From Macrostomum lignano (taxonomy: Eukaryota): a stretch of 64,000 bases of DNA. This document shows, one piece after another, positions 35,800-49,769 of the stretch (its first letter is position 1; the number at the start of each line of letters is the position of its first letter). Location: NCBI GenBank assembly GCA_002269645.1, contig NIVC01000670.1, positions 1 through 64,000 on the forward strand, read 5' to 3'. The notes under the pieces are model-generated. The model saw only the letters and a program-made list of their open reading frames with translations. It was not told the origin of the DNA and ran no database searches. Both the position numbers and the translations under genes were made by a program.

Positions 35800-37000
35800 T
35801 ACACCAGACCTGAAGAAGGAATAGACGATTCGAAAAGAGAGGAGAGGCGAGAGAGGGGAAAAGAGATAAGATAAAAGATAATAGGAGAGATAAGGGGGTG
35901 AGGATGATGAGAGAGAGGGGAGAAGAGGGGAGAGAGAAGAGGAGAGAGAGGAGAAGCGAGATGAGAGATAAGATGAGAGAGGATAGAGTAGAGAGGAGCA
36001 AGTAAAGAGGAGAGAGAAGAGAGTAGAGATGAGAAAGCAGAAAGCTGCAGATGAGAGGAGAAAGGAAAGAGTTGAAAGGAGAGATGAGAGATAAAGGAGG
36101 AGAGAGGAGAATGGAGAGAGAAGAGAGGAGACAAGAGAGGAAGAGAGTATAGCAGAGAGAAGGGAAGAGAAGAAAGGCAAAAGGAAAGTAAGGAGTCAAA
36201 AGAGGGAAAAGAAAGAGTACAGAGGAGAGAGGTGAGAAAACCTTTAAGACAATAAAGATGAAAAATGAAAGAGGGGGATAAGAGAGCAGAAACGAGAGTG
36301 AACAGACAAGAGATGGGAGAGTAGAGAGAACAGAGGAGAGATAAGAGAGAAGAAATTACAGAGAAGAGAGAAGAGAGGAGAGACAAAGGGAGAGAAAAGT
36401 GAGTGAGGAGAGAGGAGAGGAACGAGGAGAATGGAGAGAGGAGAGAAGTAGAGAGAAGAGAGATGGGAGAGGAGAGATAAGAGAGAAAGAAAGAGAGGGG
36501 GAGAGAGAGGAGAGAAAAGAGAAATGAGAAGAGAGAAAATATAAAAGAAGAGAAAGGAGAGATGAGAGAGCAAAGACGAGAGAGAAGAGAGGTGAGGGAA
36601 GAGACAAGAGAAGAGGGGAAAGAGGGGAGAGGGGAGAGAGAGGAATGTGAGGAATGAGAAGAGGGGGAGAGGAGAGGAGAGAGCAGAGAGAAATGAGAAG
36701 ACATAAAAGAGGAGAAAGAAGAGATGAGAGAGCAGACGAGAGAAAAGAAAGAAAAGAATAGAGAGGAGAAGAAAGAGACGAGAGAAGAGGGGGAAAGAGA
36801 GAGGAGAGGAGAGAGAAAAGAGTAGACAGGGGAGAAGAAGAGAGATGAAAGAGAAGAGAGATGAGGGAAACTACGAGAGGAGAGAGGAGAGAGGAAAAAA
36901 GAGAAGGAGAGGAGAGGGAAGAGAGGAGATGAGGGATGAGAGGAGAGATGAGGGATGAGAGAGAAGAGAAGATAGAAGTTTCAGAGGCAGAGGCCAGAGT
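35800..37000. repeat. GA-rich low-complexity tract
   Basis: Almost pure purine on the + strand; yields spurious Ser/Leu-rich ORFs. Confidence 0.9.
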
Positions 37001-37502
37001 TTGCCAATGCATGTTTTAGTCAAACAGACATTGCCTGACATTATGTGCAGCACCCTAGCCAACAATATCAATGTTTGCCTCAAATCCTAATTTTACACAA
37101 ATGTGCTCCATTTTATGTCTACCTCTATCCTACTAACTATTAACAAGTTTTTGTTTGTGTATGGCCTTAGATTTTAGAATACATGCTAAAATAGTTTTGG
37201 GGATTGGAATTCCCTGGGTTCAAAATCCATGGGTTTCAATAGCTTGTATTATATAATAATAACACTGACTATATAAGAACTTAAAATCAAGTATTACTAT
37301 TAATAATAGGATCTAAAACTCAAAATCATATAATTTTGGAAACAAATTTCCTATAAAAAATTTATTAAAAAAGGAAAGGTAATTTTTTTATATTTTATAA
37401 TCAATGATTCTTTGATCTAAGTCTAAGGCAATAAAGAATAAAGATTGCATGCATAATTATAACTTGCATAATTGTATGCAGGGTAGGCTGTATACATAAT
37501 TA

Positions 37503-38083
37503 GACAATCCTCTAGTTTGGCATGTTTAATTATTTAAAAAAAACAGCAACTTTGTTAGTTATCGCGAGTAAATATTTGAAATCAAGTGAATATAAAATGA
37601 GGTAGTGATATGGCAAATGTCAATATTATGTCTATGGTTACAAGCTTGAGATGACTAAAGGCTATCTATAATGAAAGCTTGCAATTGCTTCTTGTTTTTT
37701 AAAAGGGACTAAGGTGGGAGGGACTAGGATTCTAAGAGATTTTTTGTATTGCTTGCTTTCCTGAGCAATATTGGTTGATCATCAATCTTAAACAACAACT
37801 ATTCTTGATCATGGCTAAACACCCTGCAGTACAGTACCTACTAGTATAATTATAATTGCAGATGTTCAACCTATATCATTGTTGCCATTTGTATGGCACC
37901 ATTGCCACCTGCGCAACATCTTTGGCTCAGTAACATACTTTTCTGGGTGGTACACTACTATGATTTCTAATGCAACTAAACATGACATAACAAACTCGCT
38001 AACTGTTGTTCAACTTTGTTAGAACTTTGTTCAAAATCTGTTAAATTAAAAAATAATTAAACATGCAAAACTAGAGGATTGCC
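37503..38083. mobile_element. MITE with about 45-bp TIRs and TA flanks (Tc1/mariner-like)
   Basis: G(A/G)CAATCCTCTAGTTT(G/T)GCATGTTTAATTATTT at 37503 and its inverted copy ending at 38083; TA on both sides. Confidence 0.7.
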
Positions 38084-41000
38084 TATAATTAATTACTATT
38101 ATTTATTAAATTACTATTTTTTTAGTTTTGCATATACAATACATCATATTATTTTGTTATATTTAATAAAGTTGTGCAATGAAAGTTTCATTTTCTAGTT
38201 ATTTTTTGTTTAAAAAGACCAAAGAAAGTTGTAAATATACAAATGGCATTAGTATAATTTTTTGTAAATTTGTTAGGTTTGTTCTTGATCTTGATTCTTG
38301 AATGAAATATATTTGTTATACAAATGATGCATGCAAATACTCATTGGCCTGCATATAGTTCTTACATATAAATAGGCCTACACTAGGCCTATCAGTATCA
38401 CTACACAGATCATACAACTTTGGGCTTATGGGCCACTTATCCACTTATGTTATGAGTTTTACATCCTGTTGTTGTTTATACAGTGATCCAGGACCCATGT
38501 CCTCGCTTAAAGCTTGCAAACAACACACCCAGATAAATAGTTTTCGAAAAATGTTCTATACAATTAAAAAGTGCCTACTATCATATAGTTGACCAGTCCC
38601 GCAAAAATTATATATTGATATATATTGAGGTGGGGGTGGAAGTAGTAGTAGTAGTAGTAAGTTGGCTCAGGCAAGAAGCCTGTTTGGCCAGTATATTTCT
38701 GTGTATTTAAGATATTTTAGCATTAAATAAATAAAAATGCTAAAAATTTTAGCATTAATCAAATTAATTGAGCCCTAGAGCAAAAATCAAACTTACGCGA
38801 AAATAGATTTCATAGAAACTATTTAAAACAAGTGCTTTGATTCTTTTCATATCTACGGTATGACTTATTGATACAGGCCTACAGTTTTTGACAACTAAAA
38901 ACTTGCGAAAAAGTCAAAAGTTTAATATTTAACGCAATAATCGGCATAAAATTATTCATTATTCATTCTTTCATTCATCATTTAAGTTATTCATTCATCA
39001 ATAAGCCTAATTAGCGAACCAATGATTCAATAAATGAATTTTTTTTATTAGTCACTTTTGAAACATTTGGGCCACCTTATTTATTTAAGTTTTTACATGG
39101 TGTTTGTACAACTAGAAAATGAAAGTATTTTCAAGGTGCTTCTTGCGCACGTTGTACGTTTGACTGAAATCAGCGCTTTGGAATTTTCCGTTGCAGGTGC
39201 AGCTCGTAGTTCGACGGCACGGGTTATCTGAATATTATTATGAGTATGACCCTTAATCTAACCTTTACAATTTACGTTAGGCCTAGTCATATACGTGCAA
39301 TCTGCGTATGAAATTTTCCACTCGGAAATGTTCCGTTTGAGAAGTTATGTGCTCTTAAGCCCTTTTAGACTTAGGCCTATTGCCATTGGCCAAATTTAAT
39401 TCACATATGTCGCCTATCCTATGATATGACCTATATATAAATTAAGCAATTATACTAATACCATGGCTAAGACCCCCAAGGGCTCTAGCCATAGTCATCA
39501 TATTTAGAATTTGAGATTGTCATATGCAAGTTTACAAGTAAAACAACTAAATTGTCTAAATCCTCATTGCCTCAGCATTAGACAATGCTACATTTAAAAA
39601 AATCATCATTATTACAAATGGTTTGAAAACTCTATAATTAGAAATATAGATATATTTTTAAACTTTAGTTAGTTAAGATATTATTATTATTCCTTGGCTT
39701 AGGCCTAGCTATTGCATTTTGAAGAAGTTTGATAAATTTGTCATATTTAAATGTTAGTCTTATGGATTGGCCAAGTTCTCATCATCAAATCTCTCAAATG
39801 GCAATTGCAACTATATCCTGGTCAAGCCATAGCCTTGCCTACCTATACCATGGCTTATTTGTTTTAAGAAAATGACTTATAAACATTATGGCTAGGCCTA
39901 TGCCTATAATAGTATTAATAAATACATATGTTAGAGATTTTAAACCAAATTTGGATATTTAAAAACATATAGGCCTATATATTTTTTAGGTCTAGTTAGG
40001 CCCCGCATAGTATAACTAGCCTTAGTGGTAATATAGTTTTTGTTAAGTAGTAACAAATTAGCCAAAGTGGAATTTTAAGGCTAAAAGTATAATTTCTCTT
40101 TTTTTCTTATTTAAAGCAGTGCAAATAAAGCTTAAAAAGGAAAATAAGTTATGAGACTAGACTTAAACCATATCTACTTTTTTAATTTCAAGGTATAATT
40201 TCAAAATTTAGGATGCCTATGCACACTCTGCATATAAAAACTTCTACTTTAACTATAATTTTCTTATATCTATATTCATTTCTATAGACTAGACTAGTTA
40301 AATCATTTTATATAGATATACTAGGCCTATATTAGGATATACCAGGCCTCTTTCTTAGGCAAAAGTCTAAGAAACTATATTAAATGTTGATTTTGAGTTT
40401 TCTCTACTTAATTGTTGTTAAGCTAGCAACCTTACTGGAACTTTTAATGATATTAAATCTAATAACAATAGTTTTTCCATTTTTTATTGAGCTTATAATC
40501 TGGTTTTGTGGATATCAAGATACAATATTGCATCCAAGGTCCAATTTTAGGATATAATTTAGATATTCTAGATTTTATATAATATCTATATTGCATGAAA
40601 AACTAACCTTATGTTTTTTGCAGCTAGTGCTAAAATACAAAGTTGCATCTAAGGTCTAATTTGAGGATGCAATTTTGTAAGTCAAGATACTATAGTATTT
40701 TTATTGCACAAAAAATAAACCCCACTTTTAATATATTGATAGAGTTAATGGTAATAGTCAGGCCTTAGTTTAACCAATTACTTGTTAATCTATAACTATA
40801 GATATAACTATAACTATAACTATAGATCTATAATCTATCTTGTTAATCTAATCTATAAGTATCTATAAATAATTATTATAGAGATTGTATATTATTTTAA
40901 ATTAGCCTACTATCTCAATTATAAAATATACACATGCTAGTAAAAAATCTTTAGAGTTCTCTTATAATATAAAATTCCCAATATAAGCTTAGCTAGTAAA

Positions 41001-41189
41001 TTTTCCATAACTTCCTTTGTCTTTCTTATAACTTCTTGCAAGAAATAAGGTAATAGTGGCAATAGCTTTCTTGCAAATGTCATTAACTAGTAATACTTGG
41101 CAAGATTGTTATAGATAATGCATAGAATCTCTTATTGCTAGCATAGCTACAAGAATATAGCTATAAAAAGTATATATGTGTGGCACCAA

Positions 41190-41575
41190 ATGCCTTTTGA
41201 CTATTTTTTCCTTTCTTTCTCTTTCTTTTTAGCTCACTTTCTTTTATCTCCCTTCTTTTCTCCCCTCCTTTTTCCTTTCTCTTTTCCTTCTTTTCTCTAT
41301 TCTCTTCTCTTTCCCCTTTCTCCTTTCCCCTTTCTCCTTTTCCCCTTTCTCCTCTTTTCCCTCTTTCCTTTTCCCTCTTTCTTCTTTCCATTCTTTCCTC
41401 TTTCCCCTTCTCTTTTGACTATCTACCCTTCTTTTCCCTTTTTCCTCTCTTCTTTCCTCTCTTTCTTTTCTCTCTTTCTCTTTCTTTTGCATCTCTTCTT
41501 TCTCTTTCTTTTCTTCTTTTCCTCTTTCTTCTCCTCTTTCTCATTTTCTTCTCTCTTCCTTCTACTCTCTTATAA
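41190..41575. repeat. CT-rich low-complexity tract
   Basis: Polypyrimidine on the + strand. Confidence 0.9.
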
Positions 41576-42486
41576 TTATAATGTTAAGTAACTCAAGTAA
41601 CAAAATTTCCAATTCTTACTGAGATCTTATTAAGAGTTATATCCTACTTATCAGTTGTTTCTGAAAAAGATTAAGCAATAGAAGCCTCTTGACTTGTTTT
41701 CCATCTAGACTTTTTTGATGGTGGCAAATGCCAGATGGCTTCTTCATTGGCTTTGTTTCATAATTCAAGCCTTATTATCCCAACTACAATATGCATATTG
41801 TATTGTAGCAAAAATCTTTTTTTTGTTTGCTTCTACCCTAGGAGCTTAAGAGTCTCGCCCACATTGAAAGTGAAAACATTTATCTTATCATTAGCCCCTA
41901 CTATCCCTATTACACAATGGGCATTTAGCATAAAAAATCTTTGAAAGTGGCAACATTCATTAATTTCTAATACTTTCTACTGCTCTATTTCCATATATCA
42001 ATTCAATTGTTCCAATGGTCTTTCAAGTCTCACATCTAAGTTATTGAGTGGCCTAAAAATGGGAACTAAATATGGAAAATGTGTTCCCATTAACACATCC
42101 CTATCTGTACATTATGTCTATAAGCATAAGCCACCATATCTATAACTTTCCATTGCCATATCCATAGCAACAGAAGAACTCTAGGGTTTTACTTTTCTCA
42201 ATTTGATTAAATTTGTGCTTTTATTTTATCTTCAAGGCACATACACTTTCATTTGTTCTACCTTCTTTCTTGTACATTATAGCAGGCAACTACACACAGT
42301 AGTTATTATTATAACAACATTCCAACATGATTAAAATACCTTGAAATAAATTTGTCATTAAAGAGAATCATTGTCAATCATTCAATTGAATCAATCATCG
42401 AACTGTTAATGTTTCTCATTTTGCATGAGCTTTTCAGCTTTATAACTATTTTATGATAAAAAGTATCTGTCACTGAATTGAACAAA

Positions 42487-45400
42487 ATGCGCATCGGTTT
42501 TGTTGGTGCTGGACGTATGGCTCAAGCCATCGCCAAGGGCTTCACTAGTCGAGGTAAATTAAGGAGTTCATATTTATTGATATTCCTAACTTGCAAAACA
42601 TTTTTCAATAGCTTTGAGCTAATCCCAACCAATTTAATTGCCAATTTCTGCCAGGCATCATTAAGTCAAGAAATATCTGGGCCAGCGACCGTGCAGAGAA
42701 AACTCTGGAGAGGATTTCTACAGTAAGTTTAAGGTTTTGCTCTATTTTCAATGGTAAATTAGTGTTGAGTGTGTAGTACGGGCTAATAGATTTCCACAGC
42801 TTTTCAAGACTACCAATAAATTCAATGATTCAATTAAAAAAACGCTGAATTTCAATACAAATTTCACATACATATGAGTATATGTTTAACCTCAATTATC
42901 ATTCACATAATCGTCAACACCAAGTTTTTGTTCAATGTTAAGTTCCGCAGTTTTATGATTTGTTAAACTGACTCGTCGCCTGTAGGAGCTCCGCATCAAC
43001 GTGACGCACGACAACCGCGAGGTCGTGGAGCACAGCGACATTCTTGTGCTGTCGGTAAAGCCGCAGGTGATGGACACAGTGCTAGCTGAGCTGTCAGACC
43101 TGACCGACCCCTCCAAGCTGGTGGTGTCCGTGGCCGCAGGCGTCACCCTGGACCACCTGCAGAGCCGTCTGCTGCCAGACAGCCGGGTGATCCGGCTGAT
43201 GCCGAACACGCCGATTCTGGCTAACGCTGGCGCTTCCGTTTATTGCGTTGGTAAGGCAGCGAAGCCGGAGGACGGGCCGCTGATTGAGGCGCTGTTCAAA
43301 TCTGTTGGCACCTGCGACTACCTGCCTGAGAACCTGATGGACGCTGCTACAGGTCTGAGCGGGTCCGGTCCAGCGTTCATCTTTGAGGCCATCGACGCCA
43401 TGACCAGTGCAGGTGTACAAATGGGCCTGCCTCTGTGAGTAGATTGCTTTGTCTGTTTCTTCTTTTATTGTCCTGGTTATAGTTAATGCTTAGCATGGTC
43501 ATCAGTTCTATTGCTAGCTTACTATACTAGGGGTAGCATTCTAGTGTACAAGTGGTTGTAACCACCAGTCCACCAGTAGGGGTTGTAGCCTAGTGGTCAG
43601 AGCGTCGGACTCCGACTGAAAGGTCGTGGGTTCGATTCTTGACCCACGTCGAAACAATTTGTGTCCTTGAGCAAGACATTTAACTCTGCATTGCTTCAGT
43701 TCACCCAGCTGTAAAATGGGTGCCAGCATTAACTGGGGTAACTGAGGGTGTGTGTGGCGACCCCCAGTCCTTGAACTGAACAGCCGTACGCAGCCTTCAG
43801 ATGCGCCGCGCAATAGCTGCGGCTGAGCTGTCGGTTGTACATCTGCCCATTTAGGCAGGTGCCTTCAAAAATAAGAATAACAAATATTGATAGTATTATT
43901 ACTATTACTTACTCCACTAGCCAATTGTGAACACTGTTATTTTTAGTTTTAATCAGCTATCTGTAAACACGATTAAAGCGACTGAGTCAGTTACAGCTGG
44001 TCGGAGTCATGCCAAAGCAATAAACTAAGCGCTTTATGCATAAAAGATAAGAAGTAGGAAAGCTTTGCCTAACATCAAGGTGTAGGTAGGTCAGCCTTTC
44101 AAGTCATATTAGGGCATTATAGATAGCACTCAGTATTTTGTGATATACCGGTAGATTACTGTAATCTGCCTTCTATGGTTCTGTAACTAGGTTTAGTAAG
44201 CCAGTTCGCAAGACGCATGCATGCGGTTTTGTTCATACTTACGGTAGCTGTTCACAGCGGCACAGTTGGTTGTAATTGACGCTACCTATGCAAGATAGTC
44301 ACCGATCGAGGGTTAATCTTGATGAATCCTGGGTAGTGAATTTTTTGTTGCCGCAAGAGTGTCATAGCGGCTACGTTTTATAGCATATTTATTGTATTTA
44401 AGTTTATTGTATTTAGTGTTTGTACTGACAATTGCTTACTTCAGATAGCTCACAGGGGGCATTAAGCACATTTGTAAATCAAAGGAGGGTTTCATATCCA
44501 AAAAGCAGCTTCTTTCACAACCCCGACACTTCACATCTCCGACACTTCACCTCTGGGACACTTCGTATCTCCTACACTTCACATCTCCGACACTTCACAT
44601 CTCCGACACTTTACATCTCCGACACTTTACATCTCTGACACTTTACATCTCTGACACTTTACATCTCCGACACTTTAAATCTCCGACACTTTACATCTCT
44701 GACACTTTACATCTCTGACACTTTACATCTCTGACACTTTACATCTCTGACACTTTACATCTCTGACACTTTACATCTCTGACACTTTACATCTCTGACA
44801 CTTTACATCTCTGACACTTTACATCTCTGACACTTTACATCTCTGACACTTTACATCTCTGACACTTTACATCTCTGACACTTTACATCTCTGACACTTT
44901 ACATCTCTGACACTTTACATCTCTGACACTTCACATCTCTGACACTTTACATCTTCGTTAGGGTCAGGCTTTGGATTAGGGTTAAGCTATTCGGAGATAT
45001 GAAGTCCATTGCTAAGCTTCTCGTAAATATGAATTGTCGGAGATATGAAAGCACCCTATCAAAGTCAGTGAGTAGGAAACTACACACCGCAACATATTTA
45101 AATTTTCCACCCCGAAAAGGCGAAAACAGGTGGTCAACAAGTGGCAGCCTTAATCCAACTCTACTTGAGTCATATTTCTCCACTTTCTCCTAACCAGCCT
45201 AAGCTGGGGCCCTGTGACGCCAACTGCATCCACAGGTGTACACACGCAGTGCCTTTATCTTGGGCCTGCCTTGTGCACGGAATAGAATCTGAGTACTCCG
45301 GCTCAATTTTCATTAACCATTAAGACCGTCCCTCTCACTATGGAACTAAGAAAGACAATATACTTTAACTGCATACAACTTGGGGGATAACCTGACTTAT

Positions 45401-45755
45401 GGTAGATGTCAGTATTTCATTGCCATGGATCAGCTTCCCATTCGTCATCATTGCAATCGACACAAAAATCAACCGCAGCTCCCTGGCGCAGCGCCTGGTC
45501 TGCCAGACTGTCCACGGCGCCGGCCTGCTGGCTCTGCAGTCCGGCCAGAGTCCGGCCGAGCTCCGTGACGCCATCACCAGTCCGGGCGGCACCACCATTG
45601 CCGGCCTATCGGAGCTGGAGGCTCGCGGCTTCAGGGCCGCCCTGTGGCAGGCGGTGATGACGTCAGCTAAGCGATCGGCCGAACTGGGCTCGGGCATCAA
45701 TGATCCGGTGAAGCCGGTAGACGATAAGGAGAGCCCGGTTTGCACTATTAACTGA
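42487..45755 (+). CDS. pycr: Pyrroline-5-carboxylate reductase paralog A
   Basis: Exons 42487-42553 (MRIGFVGAGRMAQAI), 42655-42722, 42986-43434 (VKPQ, SVAAGVT, RLMPNTP, TGLSGSGPAF), 45479-45755 (ELRDAITSPGGTTIAG). All introns are GT-AG and in phase. Confidence 0.95.
43579..43880 (+). mobile_element. tRNA-derived CORE-type SINE (family A)
   Basis: A/B boxes (TAGCCTAGTGG, GGTTCGATTC), then TGTGTCCTTGAGCAAGACATTTAACTC..CAGCTGTAAAATGGG, resembling the MIR/CORE domain; A-rich tail. Confidence 0.8.
44525..44950. repeat. Minisatellite, 16-bp unit CTGACACTTTACATCT (P5CR-A intron 3)
   Basis: Tandem copies. Confidence 0.95.
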
Positions 45756-46749
45756 GATGTAACTATATTCATTATTTATTGTGTCTTCCATTCGCGTGCG
45801 TCTAAATCAAAGATATTATGCATAATCTAGTGGATGGACCATTATTAAGCTACTTTTCATTCAGTAGTATGTATATTCTCACATAAAATAGTCGCTACAT
45901 TCTTTACTTGCTACTAACTGAATAGAGAGTAGCTGTGATGTGTTTCATCTAGCCGCCATCTCTTATAGTCTGGCGGGCTGTTTCCATTAGATAAGTTGAC
46001 TAGTATTGTCGCATTTGTTTGCAATAAAACAACGTTCCCGTTATATGTTTCTAAAACAGTATGTTTTCTATTTTTAACGTGACATTCGGTTTCAACACTT
46101 GTTTTAGTTGATTTTATATTCGAGATTTGGATTTTTCGTCTTTTTGATTTCTAATTTGTTAAGCCCAATATTTGCTGCCTTCCATAGCTGTTAATTGATG
46201 TGCCACTTTGTACTTTAATTCTGATCAAACTTGATTTTAATTTACAAAATCCGAGCAATGACCAACATTATTTTTTATAAGGCTTTTCACTACAATAGTT
46301 TTTCCATGACATTTTGTGCAATTTTACTTGATTATTTTTACTTTGAATTTGAAATCTTTCAACTGTGCAAATATATAAAGTTATTTTGATTGTTTTAGCC
46401 CGTAATATGCCGCTGTTATTGTCAATAACTTTCAATAATAGAAAACAAGATTAGTCTTTCACTAATAACACTTCTTTATAGCCGTCGCTTTAGTATATAA
46501 ATGCTAACTAAAGATCAACATTTGTGGAACTCCGCAACTTTCACTGAGCTGAATTGTTATTCTTTTATCTCTTTTTTTCATCACTTTACTAAAGCTTAGT
46601 CAAGTGTTCTCTAGTAGAAAATTGAACTGTCAATTTAGAGGTAATGTTCACACTCCTTGACGTCAATGCTTTGACGGCTTTAGCTCGAATTGCATGATGT
46701 TTTGAATCGCATGATTGTAGCAGAGGGTTGCATAGCTCAATGCCTCAAA

Positions 46750-48390
46750 GGGTGCCGCTACCCATCAGTGCTTCAAAGTGTGCCGCTACCCCTCAGTGAT
46801 TCAAAGAGTGCCGCTACCCCTCAATACTTCAAAGTGTGCCGCTACCCCTCAATACTTCAAAGTGTGCCGCTACCCCTCAATACTTCAAAGTGTGCCGCTA
46901 CCCCTCAGTGCTTCAAAGAGTGCCGCTACCCCTCAATACTTCAAAGTGTGCCGTTACCCCTCAATACTTCAAAGTGTGCCGCTACCCCTCAATACTTCAA
47001 AGTGTGCCGCTACCCCTCAATACTTCAAAGTGTGCCGCTACCCCTCAATACTTCAAAGTGTGCCGCTACCCCTCAATACTTCAAAGTGTGCCGCTACCCC
47101 TCAATACTTCAAAGTGTGCCGCTACCCCTCAATACTTCAAAGTGTGCCGCTACCCCTCAATAATTCAAAGTGTGCCGCTACCCTTCAGTGCTTCAAAGAG
47201 ACACTTTACATCTCAGACACTTTACATCTCCGACACTTTACATCTCTGACACTACATCTCTGACACTTTACATCTCAGACACTTCACATCTCCGACACTT
47301 TACATCTCTGACACTTTACATCTCAGACGCTTCATATCTCCGACACTTCACATCTCTGACACTTGACATCTTCGTTAGGGTTAGGCTTTGGATTAGGGTT
47401 AAGCTATTCGGAGATATGAAGTCCATTGCTAAGCTTCTCGTAAATATGAATTGTCGGAGATATGAAAGCACCCTATCAAAGTCAGTGAGTAGGAAACTAC
47501 ACACCGCAACATATTTAAATTTTCCACCCCGAAAAGGCGAAAACAGGTGGTCAACAAGTGGCAGCCTTAATCCAACTCTACTTGAGTCATATTTCTCCAC
47601 TTTCTCCTAACCAGCCTAAGCTGGGGCCCTGTGACGCAAACTGCATCCACAGGTGTACACACGCAGTGTCTTTATCTTGGGCCTGCCTTGTGCACGGAAT
47701 AGAATCTGAGTACTCCGGCTCAATTTTCATTAACCATTAAGACCGTCCCTCTCACTATGGAACTAAGAAAGACAATATACTTTAACTGCATACAACTTGG
47801 GGGATAACCTGACTTATGGTAGATGTCAGTATTTCATTGCCATGGATCAGCTTCCCATTCGTCATCTCAATACTTCAATACTTTAACCCCTCAATACTTC
47901 AAAGTGTGCCGCTACCCCTCAATACTTCAAAGTGTGCCGCTACCCCTCAATACTTCAAAGTGTGCCGCTACCCCTCAATACTTCAAAGTGTGCCGCTACC
48001 CCTCAGTGCTTCAAAGAGTGCCGCTACCCCTCAATACTTCAAAGTGTGCCGCTACCCCTCAATACTTCAAAGTGTGCCGCTACCCCTCAATACTTCAAAG
48101 TGTGCCGCTACCCCTCAATACTTCAAAGTGTGCCGCTACCCCTCAATACTTCAAAGTGTGCCGCTACCCCTCAGTGCTTCAAAGAGTGCCGCTACCCCTC
48201 AATACTTCAAAGTGTGCCGTTACCCCTCAATACTTCAAAGTGTGCCGCTACCCCTCAATACTTCAAAGTGTGCCGCTACCCCTCAATACTTCAAAGTGTG
48301 CCGCTACCCCTCAATACTTCAAAGTGTGCCGCTACCCCTCAATACTTCAAAGAGTGCCGCTACCCCTAAGTACTTCAAAGGGTGCCGCTA
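46750..48390. repeat. Minisatellite, 28-bp unit CCCCTCAATACTTCAAAGTGTGCCGCTA, interrupted by a copied segment (47200-47866)
   Basis: Two arms, 46750-47200 and 47867-48390. Confidence 0.95.
47200..47866 (+). repeat. Segmental copy of the P5CR-A intron 3 region (source about 44780-45449)
   Basis: 47368-47866 matches 44951-45449 (offset 2417) almost exactly, and is preceded by 16-bp satellite units. Confidence 0.9.
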
Positions 48391-48818
48391 CTTCCCAACG
48401 CTTCAGTTGGTGACAGTGTGCCTCTTCATAGCCTGTACTGCTGTAAACGCAGTTATTACCAAAAAAATTGTTTATTGAGTAGTATCTATAATATATGAAG
48501 CTCTAATTTAATTTAGACTATTTATTATTGGTTCATGATCACCACTATAACCAGTTTGCTATTATTATTTTTCACTTGTATCTCTTAAGTTGTCTAACAG
48601 AATAAACAGATATGGAGCACAGTTCAAAGTGTTTTTATTGCACCGCGAATTCGTATTGCACAGATCAAAGTTCTCTTTAATAATAATTAATATTCCAGCG
48701 CCGCGCATGTGGTTGGCGCGTGACCGATGATAGCAATTAAATAATTAGTAGCAATTAAGTAGCAAGCCTGACATTTCCTATTGAGCAACTGTTTGCTGAC
48801 TCAGCTGCCAGCCACGCT

Positions 48819-49351
48819 ATGCGAGTTGGGTTCATTGGCGCGGGCCGCATGGCCCAGGCTATTGCTAAAGGCTTTACTAGTAAAGGTAAAAGCTTCATTT
48901 ATTAGTGTAATCTATAATCTCATCATCATCTCAACTCAGCATTAATAATGATAATTAACTCTCACTTCTATTTCGAGGCGTCGTCAAGGCAACGGATATT
49001 TGGGCTAGCGCGATTACGAAGAAAACTCTAACGAAAGTCTCAACGGTGAGGAATTGATTCTTTTTCTTGTTCAGATGGATAGATACAGAGATAAATAGAT
49101 AGAGAGATATATAGATCGATAGATAGATAGATAAGATAGATAGATAGATAGAGAGATATATAGATCGATAGATAGATAGATAGGTAGATAGATAGAGAGA
49201 TATATAGATCGATAGATAGATAGATAAGATAGATCGATAGATAGATAGATAGGTAGATAGATAGAGAGATATATAGATCGATAGATAGATAGATAGATAA
49301 GATAGATAGATAGATAGAGAGATAAGTAGATAGATAAGATAGATAGATAAG

Positions 49352-49394
<43 letters not shown>

Positions 49395-49718
49395 TAGATA
49401 GCGAGAAAGAGCGAGCTCAGCGAGCTCTTTCGAGCTTGCTTGCCGCAGCCAATCAAGCTGAAAGCACGCACACAAGATCACCGGAAACGATTAAGGCAGC
49501 TGGAAAGCCAATGGGCGCGGTAAGCGCTTTTATCCAGAGGAACTACCTGCTGGAACCAGCCATGCCGAACGAAAATCAGACTACTCAAGTAGTGCAAAAG
49601 AGTACGTGCAACTACCGAGAAATCTAATTTTCGTAACCGCTCCGGTGCAGGTCCTGGCAATAGATGGTAGATAGCGAGGCTAGCTTGCCGCAGCCAATCA
49701 AGCTGAAAGCACGCACAC

Positions 49719-49769
<51 letters not shown>

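Noticed and set aside
41600-42300. Possible Helitron-like coding remnants
   Set aside because: Too many stops and no motif I can align with confidence.
43579-43650. tRNA-like sequences (also 23336-23400, 50880-50948, 2470-2527)
   Set aside because: They are SINE heads followed by SINE bodies, with no clean cloverleaf or acceptor stem; not tRNA genes.
45310-45340. GACGGTCTT resembling a flatworm spliced-leader 5' end (minus strand)
   Set aside because: Only about 9 nt match; no ATG|GT leader end or Sm site was seen.
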